Shown here: piece by piece, positions 13,062-25,050 of the stretch
Layout of the letters: each line of letters opens with the position of its first letter
Position numbering within the stretch: the stretch's first letter is position 1
Assembly (NCBI GenBank): GCA_013265495.1
Contig: MU061579.1
Location: forward strand, 186,001 to 250,000
DNA: 64,000 nt
From: Vicugna vicugna
Taxonomy: Eukaryota
Direction of reading: 5' to 3'
Made by a program: the position numbers and the translations under genes
Notes under the pieces: model-generated
Told to the model about the DNA's origin: nothing
Database searches by the model: none
The model's input: only the letters and a program-made list of their open reading frames with translations

Positions 13062-13106
13062 TGTGTGCATGTGTGTGCATGTGTGTGTGTGCGCGCGCAC
13101 GTATGT
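13062..13106. repeat. (TG)n(CG)n alternating purine-pyrimidine tract
   Basis: 45 bp of uninterrupted RY alternation. Confidence 0.9.
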
Positions 13107-14047
13107 TCTAAAGAGCTGAAGTTAGAACTGAATTACTTCCTTTAAAGAATAGCAGAAGCCACATTAATAATTTATTCTTCTCTCCAATTTATCTCAAATA
13201 CCCCACTCATGTAAATATCTTTGAGCAGACTTGGGACTTAACAGATGTTATAGTCCACTTTAACTTCTCAAAAAGATGTAAGTAACATTTTTTTCCACTA
13301 AAATCATCTAATGTACCTTTCATGTCAGAGACAGATTCTTACTGATGGGAATGTAGAAGTGCCTTCTGCACCAATTTATTTTCTCTACTGGCTTACCACA
13401 TTACCTGAAATTCTCTTCACTAAAATCTCTTTTTTAATCAAAGCATTGTACCCATAGAAGTCTCCTTTAATGTAAAGTTAATGTGAAATCTTGTCATTAT
13501 TTAATCTGTTATATGCATATTAAAATGCACTTATGCCTTTTATATGCATATATTCATATAAAATGAGAAGCAAAAATTAAACTCCCCCAACCAGTCAATA
13601 GGACTCAGAAAAAATGCACTGTGATATGAGAGGTTGGATCATGAAGATGAAAGCGAGGGAAGGAAAGAAGTACAGGTGTGGGAAGGGGTAGATCCAGGTG
13701 AGATTACAGTTACATCCTTGGGCACTGAAGAACTACTCTTTTTGTTTCAATACCTCCTATGCAGGCAAAGCATGATTACTCCAAGTATGTACCGCATTTG
13801 GTACACATGCAAGTGTATGTGTAGCTGTGTATGTCTCGTGTCAAACTTTTGCTCATCCTATATCAATCTTCCTTTTCCATCTGAAGAAATGATGCTTGGT
13901 AATGCAAGTATTTGTCCTTCACCCTCAAACAGAAGTCAATGAACTGTTGAAAACAAAAATGGTAGAGTAGCCCAGCTAAGTGTTCAAAATGAGATTTATG
14001 GACTCCGAGTCCATAAATGAAAACTTCTCAAGGGCATAGATTTAGAA

Positions 14048-14256
14048 CAGGGCTTTTGGATCTCAGCCCTATTGACATTTTGGGCTGCATTATTCTTTGT
14101 TGAAAGGGACTGTCTTATTATTTAGCAAGTCCCTGGTCTCTACCCGCTAGAGTCCAGTAGCAATGCTTCTCAAACTGTGACTCCCAAAAATCTCTCCCTG
14201 TATTTCCAATTGTGCCCTGGGAGGGAGACAAAGTTGTCTCACATCTAGAACCACTG
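14048..14256 (-). mobile_element. MER20 (hAT-Charlie non-autonomous DNA transposon)
   Basis: Ends CAGGG...GAACCACTG; internal CTATTGACATTTTGGGCTG and GGTCTCTACCCGCTAGA; 8-bp TSD ATTTAGAA/GTTTAGAA. Confidence 0.9.
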
Positions 14257-16986
14257 GTTTAGAAAAATCAACTTCTAGATGCTCCACTTCCACATGAACT
14301 CTTTCTTACAAGAGATACGACTGAGAACTTAGGGTGGTATAACAAAGCCTCCTTTACAAAGCACACAAACCCACAGTGGAACTTCATGACTCAAACATAA
14401 TTCTAATGGTAGAAACTTGATGTTAGAAACTGTGTATGTGGATCTGTTTTGAGGCTTTCTGAATTATAAAATTAGTGGCATTTTTGAAATAATGACAAGT
14501 TTTATATAATAAGGTCATATTTTTGTTGTTTGGCCTTACTAAGAAATGAAGGAAAGAAGGGAGGAAAGGGAATAAGACATTGTTCCTCTGAAAGCAAAGC
14601 AGAAAAACTGGTATCAAATATAGGTGAAGATAGATAAATATTAAAAGGAGCCATACATAATTTATTTAGTCACTTTTGCTTTTTTTTCAGAAATTATTTT
14701 TTTAAATTGCAATGAAATAAACAATGTTTTAAAATTTATTTGGTGATCTCAAAGGAAAATTTAAAGATAATCAGATTCATTTTTGAGTCTTGCCAATCGG
14801 CATTGTCAGCTATTTTGGACAAGAACAAATACACATGAAATTTAAAAAAAAATCTCTATGCAGCTAAATGAGATGACACAAGTAACAGATTTAGTACCCA
14901 AATTTCATTGTAGGAGTTCTTTGTATAGCTTATTCACAGGAAATTAGAAAGTGTCCCTACTATAAATTACTTATTCTTAGATTATATGAAATACTTACTA
15001 GTTAATATCATGTCTCTCTGAGCTTGAAAATTATTGTCAGAGTCCATTCAGTAAAATATTTTAAATTTGAAAGTCTGATTTAGAGATGGGTTAGAAATCA
15101 CTATTTTTTTGAGGCTCAGTTTTTCAAGTATATTATTTAAATCTTGAAGGATCTACACTATTGTTTTTTAATGTACTCAACATCAGTTTGCAACTACTTT
15201 CAAAGTGTTGCAAAACTTAAACGAGCTATTCTTTCCAGACTTCCTAAGAATAGGACATTACTACTTCAACTTGATGTTGAATCTCTTTGTCACATTTCAA
15301 AATAATGTTTTCTTTTAATCAAAATCTTCAGTGAGTAAACTTAAATTTTATTTTGGGGTTTTTGAGAAATTGTGTTGAAAAGCAAAGGAGATCTTTGCAA
15401 AAATGTGAATGCACAGTGTAGTCATTTTTAGGCACCTTTGATTGGCTATGCTTATCATTTAGTTAACTGTGATACAAAAAAGACAAATAGGGTAAGATCA
15501 GATGATTTGATGTGAATATTAGAATTCAGAATTTTATAAAGGTTTTTGCATTAGTAACCAGTTCTTTAAAATTTAACTTTTCCTTTGCATATGAGACTTT
15601 CTTCAAAATACATGATGGCATTATTCTCTGAAGCTGGTGAAAGAAAAGGATTCTTTTTTTTTTTTGATAATTTATATGAAGTCATGTGTTAGACTGGTCT
15701 TCTGCCTGTCAGTTTTGCATTCATCAGACATGAGTGTTTGGTTTGAATATGTTTTTGAAAATAAAGAGTACTGTGTTGAAAATACTATCAATAGACATCA
15801 TCTTCAAACAAAGGGTATTCATTCTCTAAAGAAAGAATATATACTCCTGTAAATAGATTGAAACATTGACACTTACGGGCTAACATACCTTGAGCGCTTA
15901 ATGCAAAAAGCAATTTTATTGTTAATTTTACCCCAAAAGGAATAGTTGGGGTTATTGAGCCTTGAAATGGGGAGTTTTACATCTTCACTGATGTGTAAGT
16001 TACCTACTCTGTGAAATTTTACAAATATGTTAAAAAATGGGAGTTCCCACTAGTTAATCCCTCAGAGTGCCATTTTCTACTAATTAGGCAGAAAAGTTTA
16101 ATTAAATGTAGTATATTTTGGACTACATATTTAGATTCTTAAAGAAAGTAGAGTTTATTATAAATCACAGTCTTAAATTTGTAATCAAAAAAGGCAAGGA
16201 AGAATCTATGTGTCTGTACATATATACGTATTGGATCTTAAAATCTGTAAAAAATCATTATTATGATAAATTTTTACTGGATCATGCACTTTTCTTTCTC
16301 AACTAAAATTACCCCTTTGAAATCAGGCTTTGAGAGTCGTAGTTCCCTTTTGTTCTGTCATGAGGAAAGCTTTCTTCTTCTTTTGGAAAAGAAAATAATA
16401 TATCGTGATTTCTGGAAGGAAATTATATTTGGTAAAACTTGACTGTTAATCATAATTTGAGGATTTTCTAGCAGCAGTAGCTGAATCATTTTGACTGCTA
16501 GCTCGCTGTGAATGAAAGGCATACATTTCTGAACAACCAGTCTGTGTGAACTCCTGCTGTCGCTTACACAGTGCTACTGTCTACATTTTCCTTTGTGACC
16601 CAAAGCCGTGATCCTTTTGGGGTCTACTAGTGGCCCATTGTGAGGTTTTGGTTCCTGCATAACTGTGACTTTAATAATAAATCAGACCTGTGCTTGCTCT
16701 CGAGGAGCTGTCTGTCTGCTTAGTAAATCCAAAAGGTCAACACCAGATCTTGGTTGAAGTTTGTAAAAATTATGACAAAATAGCTTTTAAAAAATTACAG
16801 AAATAGGAAATTACTTTTAGCTTACAAAAAAGAAAAGAATTGGACAGAAAAGGATACATTGTGGAATACGCTGAATTTTACCTGGATTTAGAGGTAAATG
16901 AGGTAGTTAATGAAGGACAGGAAAAAGTCGTATACATCAAAAAGGAAATAGGTCAAGAAAATGTTATTAAAATATGTATATTTTGG

Positions 16987-17080
16987 GGGGTGGGTATAGC
17001 TCAGTGGTAGACGCATGCTTCGCATGCTCCAGGTCCTGGGTTCAATCCCCAGTACCTCCACTAAAACATAGAAATTAAAA
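16987..17080 (+). mobile_element. Vic-1-type camelid tRNA-Ala-derived SINE
   Basis: GGGTATAGCTCAGTGGTAGA...GGTCCTGGGTTCAATCCCCAGTACCTCCA; A box about 16997-17007, B box about 17039-17049; A-rich tail; imperfect TSD AAAATATGTATAT/AAAAACGTATAT. Confidence 0.9.
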
Positions 17081-18648
17081 ACGTATATATTAATATTATA
17101 ATACTACAGGGGCACGGTTACAATTGGCCAAATAAATAATGTGTATTGCCTAATTGGGAACAACTTACTATCTACATAGTCTTGTTTTCTATTTATTAAA
17201 AATATGTTTTTATGGTAATTTTTGGGTTAGGCCATATGAGGAAGCCTTATTGGATGTCAGATTTAATTTGTGTATGAATATACAGAAACATTTATTTGGA
17301 ATATGTAAGTTAACACACTGAAGAATAAACCAGCTTATCATTAGTACCTCCAATTGCCTTCTGTCCTCTAAGTGCCTGTTTCTTACCTGTTAGACGAAAG
17401 AACATTGAGATAAATTTTTATTCCTTTAAGAAAATGAACAGGTAGTGAGATTATTATGAATTTATCAATGTTTGGTATGTATCCAATTTAATGAATTTGT
17501 CTTAAGAATTTTTTTTCTTTTGTTAATAACATAATATAAAAATTCCTGGACAGTTATTCAGTCTTTCACTTGCTGTTTTAGCCTGTAGTTGGATGCCATG
17601 GTGTTTCATAATTGAAACATTTCAACAAATTCTTTGTAAAAAGGATATTTCTGCATACATATGTGAACTCAGAATGGAGCCTTGTTTTAATACTTATTTG
17701 ACATACAGGATTAAGTAGGACTTCTGTTTTATCTTGGGTATGTCAGTAACTAATAAGCTCTCTTTTTCATAGTAGGTCTCTGTAGGGCCTTTCAGTTCTG
17801 GGAAAAAGACAAAACATATAAGAGATCTTATATTCTTTGTAATGAGAGCTCTGAAAAGTTCCTTTTTCCTTTGCTGATATTCCAGTCTCTAATTTGAGAG
17901 ACTTTTCAGATTAACTGGTAAAAAAACAACCCCACACAAATAGTTCTGTGTTTATGACCTTGAGTGTGTCCATTGAGATGAGACAAGCTCTTTATTAATA
18001 TGCACGTGTATGTACAAGATCACATATTTATATGTCTACACTGTGAGCAAGATTTGGATACTTCAGAAAACCAAAGAGGGAATAATAAACCCAAGATTAA
18101 AGTATTAAAATCGAATAAAATGTATCTTTTCACGTTTTGTATATACACAGAAGATTCTGAATACTTAAAGTCTAGGTATGTTAAGCTAACCAGGATATGT
18201 TTCCATATCAATGTGTATTTTTGAATATTGATGTTGAAGTCAGTGGAGCTATATTACTGAAATACAACATCACATATCTCACATAAAAGAGGTTGGCAAT
18301 CAATGGCAATAAATGCTTATGATCTTTATGACCCCATTACATGACGTTGCTAGATGGCAAATAGCATGTATCTATGGTCTCATTTATTTTCTTGTTCAGT
18401 CTTTCACTCATACATATACAACCCACATGTGCAGACTAATTTTTGTGTGTGTTTTTATTAAACTTTAGACTCTTGGAAGACATGGACCATGGATTTCACC
18501 CTTGTATTAAGAGGCTTATCAGAATGCTTGTAACATAGTAAGTACTAAATAATAGAGTTGCTCTAAAAATGTACATCAGAGAATAGACTGCAGAGCAAAA
18601 TGCAATATTATAATAAAATACTACCTATTTCTACATGTGAAATTTACC

Positions 18649-18692
18649 ATATATATATATATACACACATATATATATACACACACACACAT
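18649..18692. repeat. Compound (TA)n(CA)n microsatellite
   Basis: Directly visible. Confidence 0.9.
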
Positions 18693-18774
18693 TTTTAAAT
18701 TGAATATACTAAAAAATATGTATATAAAACTTCTACAAAATTAGAATTACAAATCAGTAGATCCAGTGGAGGAT

Positions 18775-20150
18775 GATCAACTCTCTCAGTAATTTGTAAA
18801 TCAACAAGGTTTTTAAAAGAAGTATGAACACAGATGTTTTGAAATACACAGTTGTCACCTCAGATCTAAAAATCAATACCCAATAATTAGAAAACACACA
18901 TACTTTAAAAGTCTTGGAATGCTTATATATTTCAATAGACACTAGACTCCAGTGAGGTCTCAAGAATATCAAACATTTGAAATTAAATACTTTGTTCTGA
19001 ATGTAACTAAATTCAAAGGCATCCACAAAAAGTTCATCCAAAATATAGCAGAGGAAATACCTGGAGGCACAATTGAGGCACCTTTACCAGAAATAAAGGT
19101 GAAAGATCTTAATTTGAAAGGCACATATTGTGCTAAAGAGGAGATAAAGAAAAACTTAAATCTAGATGTGTTACAGTGATATTTTAAAATATACAAGAAA
19201 GGAGCAAAATTATTTTAAAATAAAGTTTCTCCAGAGACACATAATATCAGTTTCAAAGAATAAAGGATCAGATCTACATCAAAATTTTTTAACTGCATCA
19301 TTGTCTATAGGGAGAGAATAGAGTAATATTTATTAAAATATTAACTATATCATAATTTATATTTTTTAATCTAGCTATACAATCAAATCCAGTAATATTT
19401 AAACAGATAATATACCATGACCATGTTAATTTTTATCCTATATATACAAAAAATTTCATGCTTAAAAATCTGTGAATTTAATTCTAACATTAACAAATTA
19501 AAAGAAAAACACATGATTGTTTAAATAAATCATAAGTTTATGATTAAAAATGCTCAGTACATTAGAAATAGGAGGGAACATTTATGAAGTGAATGTTATA
19601 TGTAAATATTGACAAATATTATTCTTAATGGGTCAATGTAGAGAACTTCTCATTTAAAATTAAGAAATATATAAGGAAGCATATTTTCACAACTTCAAAC
19701 CACAAGTGCTTTGCTAGTCCTAGCCTAAATAATAATATGATGCAAAGGAATTAGATAAATGAAGATTAGAAAAGAAGGAATGAAACAACCATTGTTTGTA
19801 TAATATATGACCATTTACTTAGAAAAAATTTATATTCGTTATTATACATATTTGTAAAGTTTATCTAGATAGCAGAACATAATGATAATATTAAAAATTC
19901 AAGTGAATTTCTTTGTATCAGCAACAAAAAATTAAAAATAATTTTAGTGACTGTTTAACGTACATCAGAAAATAGTGATCAAATAATTGAAATTAAGTCT
20001 AACAAAAGGTATGCTGGATGTTATAAAAAGTTCAATAAATGTATATTAAAATGTATAGCACCTAAATTAATGGAGAACCTGTTTTCATGTATAGAGTAAC
20101 ATGATATCATGAGGATATTAATTCTTCTGAAATGTGGCTATAAATTATAA
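18775..20150 (+). mobile_element. Patchwork of old L1 fragments (EN-like, ORF1/HAL1-like, RT-like)
   Basis: AAACAGATAATATACCATGACCATGTTAATTTTATCC (RT region); AAGAATAAAGGATCAGATCTACATCAAAATTTTTTAACTGCATCATTG (ORF1-like). Confidence 0.55.
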
Positions 20151-22622
20151 AGAAAAAGAAGGAAAGACTTGACAATTTGTTTTATAAACCCTGTATTTCC
20201 CTGATGTCACTTATGAAGACATTGAAAGAAAAAAAAAAAGATACGCTATTATTCCTCACAAATATAGACATCATAAATTTAATTCAGCAATATATCTCTG
20301 GAATTCAAAGCTAGTGAAACATTTAAAACCAGTTCAATTAATTAGCCATATTAACAGAATAAAGGAATAAACCATATGAACAACTCAATCCAATGATCTT
20401 CCATTTGTGATAAAATTGATAAGTTAAGTACACATAGACTAGTACCTCCTGAATCTAATAAAGAACGTCTATGATGAGTCCTACACGTAACATCAGACGT
20501 AAGTGTGGAAGACTGAGTGCTTTCCCTCTAGATTAGGAAAAATGCATGGGTGTCACTTTTCACAACTAACATTCAGCATTGCACTGGATGTCCTAGTTAG
20601 TGCAAGAAAGCAAGAAAAAGAAATAAACAGCATAAAGATTGGGAAGAAATAAGTCAAACTGTCAGTATTCTCAGGAAATATTTTTTTAATGTGGAAAAAT
20701 CCTAAGGAATCTGCCAAAACAAACAAAACTTCTACTAGTTCTAAGAAGCAGATTTAACAAGCTTCCAGGACATGAGGTCTATAATAAGAATCAACTGTAT
20801 TTTTATATTTTAGTGCTAAACAACTAGAAAATGGAATAAAAATGTCCATTTTCAAAAGCATCAAAAAACCTTGAAATACTTAGGAATAATTTTAACAACA
20901 GTCAAAACACGATATGTATTCTGAAAACTACAAAATATTTCTGAGACTGATTAAAAGAAGACCAAATAAATGAAGAAGCGTGGTCTTATTATCGAGATAC
21001 TGAAACACTCAATGTTGTTAAAAAATGATTCTCCCAAAATAATCTGGGGAGTCCAAGAAATTTAAATTAATATCTTAGCTAAAGCCTTGGGTGGAAAATG
21101 TTAAGATTATTCTAAAATTAATAAATGTGAAATAATTAAAATAGTCAAAACAATCCTGAAAAAGTAGAACATAATTAGAAGCTTTACACCACCAGATTTC
21201 ACAGCTTACAACGACACTATAGACACTCTGGTAGTGGAATAACTATAGACAAACAGATCAATGGAACAGAGTATACATGTAAACTAACATACGTTCAATT
21301 GATTTTTCAATAAAAGTTCCAAAGCAATGTAATGGGAAATGCAAAAACTTTTCAACAAACTTTGCTGAAACAAGTGGATATTTACATGGAAAAATTCAAC
21401 CTTAATTTATATTTAACATCACACACAAGCAAATCAAAATGAATCATGACCTGACCTAACAATAAATGTTAAATCTACAAAGTTTAAATAATAACAAATG
21501 GTCCAACGATAAAAGAATAATCCTCAGACAGAATAAAACAAGTACCGCAAAACATTACAAATTATACTTCATCAACATTAGGAATTTCTGATTGTTAAAA
21601 GACACCATTAAGAAAATTAGTATGCAAGCCACAAATGGGAAACATATGTCTGATAACAGACATATTCAGAATATGTTTTTAAAATTTTCTACATCTCAAG
21701 AGCTAAAGTTCAGATAATTCAATAAATTAATGGGCAAAAGTCTCCAACAAACATATCTAAATATATACCTATATTTATAAATGGACAAAAAGTTAATGAA
21801 AAACTTTAATATCATTACTCAACAGGGAAATGCAAGTTATAATTACAGTGATGCCACTATATTTTCACCTTAATGACCAAATTTTTAGAAAGACTGCTAA
21901 TGTCAAATATTGGCATGGGTGTTGAATAACTTAAATTCTCATACATTACTGGTGGTAGTGGAAAATAGCACAACTATTCTTTAAAAAATTTAACAATTTT
22001 CTGTAAAGTTGAACATACAGCTGCCCTTTGACCTAGCAGTTATGCTCTTCTGGGCTCAGGCAAGAAAAATAAAAATATATATTCATAAAAATAATATGTA
22101 TTCATAAATGTTTACAGACTATTTATTTATAATATCTCAAAAATGAAATAACATGAAATTCTAACAAGAGCATGGGTACACACTGTGTTCATTATAATGA
22201 TGTACTTCTTAACAGTAAAAAGGAACCAAACAATCTCTTTAACAACATGTGGAAATCTAAGAGATATTTTTATGAACAGACAGAGAGAGTACAATGTGGT
22301 ATGACTTCCCTTGTATGAAGTTTTAAAGTAGGCAAACTAATCTATGGTAAAAAAAAAAAAAAGAGAGAGAGAGAGAATCTGCAGTGAAAAAGAATCTGTA
22401 GTTGTTTCTTGGTTGAAGGGTAGAGAGAATTGTGATTGACTGCTAAAGGATGCGAGGAGCCTCTTTGGTTTGAGGGAAATTTTCTTTATCTTGTTACCAT
22501 ATTCATTACATGGGTATATCCCCTTGTTAAAACTCATGAAATCACACTCTTAGTTTGTGAATATCAATATATGTAAATTGTATCTTATGAAAGAAGTAAC
22601 AAATAGTAAACTCTAGTTAATA
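20150..22622 (+). mobile_element. Old L1 (L1ME1/L1MD-like), ORF2 RT region to 3' UTR
   Basis: Collinear ORF2 landmarks (GATCAATGGAACAGA; CAGGGAAATGCAAGTT; CCCTTTGACCTAGCAGTT) and 3' UTR GGCAAACTAATCTATGGT...AACTCTAGTTAAT. Confidence 0.85.
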
Positions 22623-23510
22623 TATTGAGGATAATGGAATCCATGTTTCTCACTGTTTCAAGAGTTTCAAAATTCGGAAAGTAGAAAGCTAGTATGTACC
22701 ATGTGATGTTAGACGGGGATTAAAAGTATCAACATGTATTCATATTATACATATATATGTATGGGAGAGAGAGAAGGAGAGAGAAGAAAGTGAGAACAAG
22801 AGTGAGAGCAGAGAGTAAAAAAGAAAAAGAAGAAATAAACATATTTGTCAGATTTTGATTTCTGAATACCGTCCTCCCGTTAAAATGATCCAGGGCTTAT
22901 TAAAGAAATGGTTATTATTTCCGGGACCGGAAAAGAGCAGTATGAGCCTGGAACAATCTATCACATTGCACAAGAGGAGCTCAAAGAATCATGAAAATAT
23001 GTCAAAATGACATAAGCAATTTTGACAGAACTCCCTTTTGGCTATATTTGAAAGTCTCTGAACATCAAAGAAAACAATAAAAGGAGTGGATTATGAACCC
23101 ATTATTGAATAAAATAATAATGCATGATTGCACAATGATATATGTAAATAAATGGATAAAATAATGTCTCTTACAGCCTAATACCAGAAAGTGATCAATC
23201 ATCAATGGACACTAAACCTAGAGGGTAAATGTTTGACCAGGAGCAGGATGTTTCAAAATACATCCCCTCAAGCTACTTACTAGTTTCAAAGTAGTGCCAG
23301 CATTGAGAGATGTGTGGAATACCACCGGGACCAAGACAGCAGACCTAGCTAGAACCGTTGTCATTGGGACCAACAGCATCATGTGTCAAGTAAGATACTC
23401 AGAGAAAGGAAGAACCTCATCCCAGTAAACCTAATCACAAAGAGGCATCAGAGAGACCTAAGCTGGAGGTCATTCTACGAAATAACTGGCCCCTTGTCTT
23501 TAAAAATATT
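22623..23510 (+). mobile_element. L1MC3/L1MC4-like extended 3' UTR
   Basis: TTGAGGATAATGGAATCCATGTTTCTCACTGTT; CAGATTTTGATTTCTGAATACCGTCCTCC; ATGAGCCTGGAACA. Confidence 0.7.
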
Positions 23511-23512
23511 AG

Positions 23513-23650
23513 AATGTAAACTGATATAGCCATTATGGAAATCACTGTGGAGGTTCCTGAAAAATTAAAAGTAGAATGGCCATAGAATCCAGCAGTTCCA
23601 CTTCTGGGCATGTATCCAAAGAAAGCAAAAACACTGATTTGAAACCATAT
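23513..23650 (+). mobile_element. Younger L1 ORF2 C-terminal fragment
   Basis: AATGTAAACTGATATAGCCATTATGGAAATCACTGTGGAGGTTCCTGAAAAATTAAAAGTAGAA...CCACTTCTGGGCATGTATCCAAAG. Confidence 0.75.
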
Positions 23651-23664
23651 GAATATACAGAAAA

Positions 23665-23800
23665 AATGATAAAATGAATGGACCCAAATGGAGTAATTCT
23701 TGAATCTTAAAAAGGTTATATAAAGGATATTTAAGACTTCCTGATACAGTTCTAGCAACTTTACTATAAATTTGAAATTATTTCAAAATACAACCTACTA
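23665..23800 (+). mobile_element. L1ME-like 3' terminus
   Basis: TTCTAGCAACTTTACTATAAATTTGAAATTATTTCAAAATA matches old L1 3' termini. Confidence 0.6.
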
Positions 23801-24239
23801 CAAAAATAATAATTTGATATAGTCTCAGATCCCCTTTCTTTCCCCACACCACAGAGTCAGGAGGGTGCATTCCCCACCCCCCTGCCTCCTTACATACATA
23901 CAGTGTTGATGGGGTACTTGAGATTTAGTCTCTTTCCTAGATAAAACAAGGCATCCTCAGACTGGGAAACACAGGATCTACTTTATCTTGAGTGCCCTAC
24001 TGTCAATCTGGGAATAACAAGATTTTACATGATAAAAGTTGAGTCTCTATGGTCGTCTTTTCCCTACCAGCCCGTCTTCACTTTGCTGTTAAAATAATAG
24101 TATCCAGGTGGCAGCGTGAATCTTGTCATTCTTCACCAGAAGCGAAGTAGCGAAGTAAGAAATTGGCGAGCATAGCCATCTTTGCCATAACCCCAAGATT
24201 TTGTCTGAATTTGAGCACTATAAGGATAGATAAGCTTTT

Positions 24240-24742
24240 CACCACCTCATTCCATCTCAGTAGCAACTGCATTCTTATAATTTCTCAGGCCAAAACCCTC
24301 CGCAACATCCTTGACTTCTCTTTTCTTTCTCTGCTGCACATCTAATCCATCAGTAATTCTTAGAGTCTCAGGTTTTATAATTATCCTCTTGAACTGCATT
24401 ACTTTTTCCCTACTTATTTCTTGCTTCATCGAAGATTTTGCAAAAAATCTCTCTCTTTAGCTTAATGCTTACCTGTCCTTTCTATTAAAATTCCAACTCA
24501 TTTTTACTTTCAAAAGATGGACTTATTCTATTCTTTTTCCCTTAGTAATTTTTACTTTATAAAATATAATGTAAGGTATCTATAATGTATGTTATTTCTT
24601 ATGTATAGAGTCTGTCTGTCCCTCCCAATTTAAGCACCAAAGAGACAGGGATTTCTGATTGCTCTGGTAAGTGATGTATCCAAGTACATAGAATAATTCT
24701 GTCCACATAGTACTTTCTTAGTAAGTACTTGTGGGATAAATG
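24240..24742 (+). mobile_element. L2 3' region
   Basis: CTCAGGCCAAAACCCTCCGCAACATCCTTGACTTCTC, with tail GTAAGTACTTGTGGGATAAATG. Confidence 0.7.
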
Positions 24743-24879
24743 CTTCTTTCTTGACTGCACAATTCTCATTTAAGTGACATCTATTTCATTTCACTGTAAA
24801 CCATTGGATTTACTGAAAAACAAGGTTTTAAAAAAATGTTTATAGCTAAAATAACCTTTTAGATTTTAAACTATAGCTA

Positions 24880-25050
24880 CTATTTATTTAGCATTTTTGT
24901 ATTTGCTAATATTTGTGCCAAGTACTTCATATTTAATTAATTCTCAAAACAGCTTTATGTTCTGACAATTTTACATATCAAACAAATCTAGACTCAAGAG
25001 GTTTAACAACTCACCCAAGGACATAAAGCCAATAAGTGGAAAAACCAGAA
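24880..25050 (-). mobile_element. MIR
   Basis: GACTCAAGAGGTTTAACAACTCACCCAAGGACATAAAGCCAATAAGTGG. Confidence 0.55.

Noticed and set aside
16987..17062. Functional tRNA-Ala gene
   Set aside because: A-rich tail, TSD, a missing base after the D arm and Vic-1-type ends indicate a SINE
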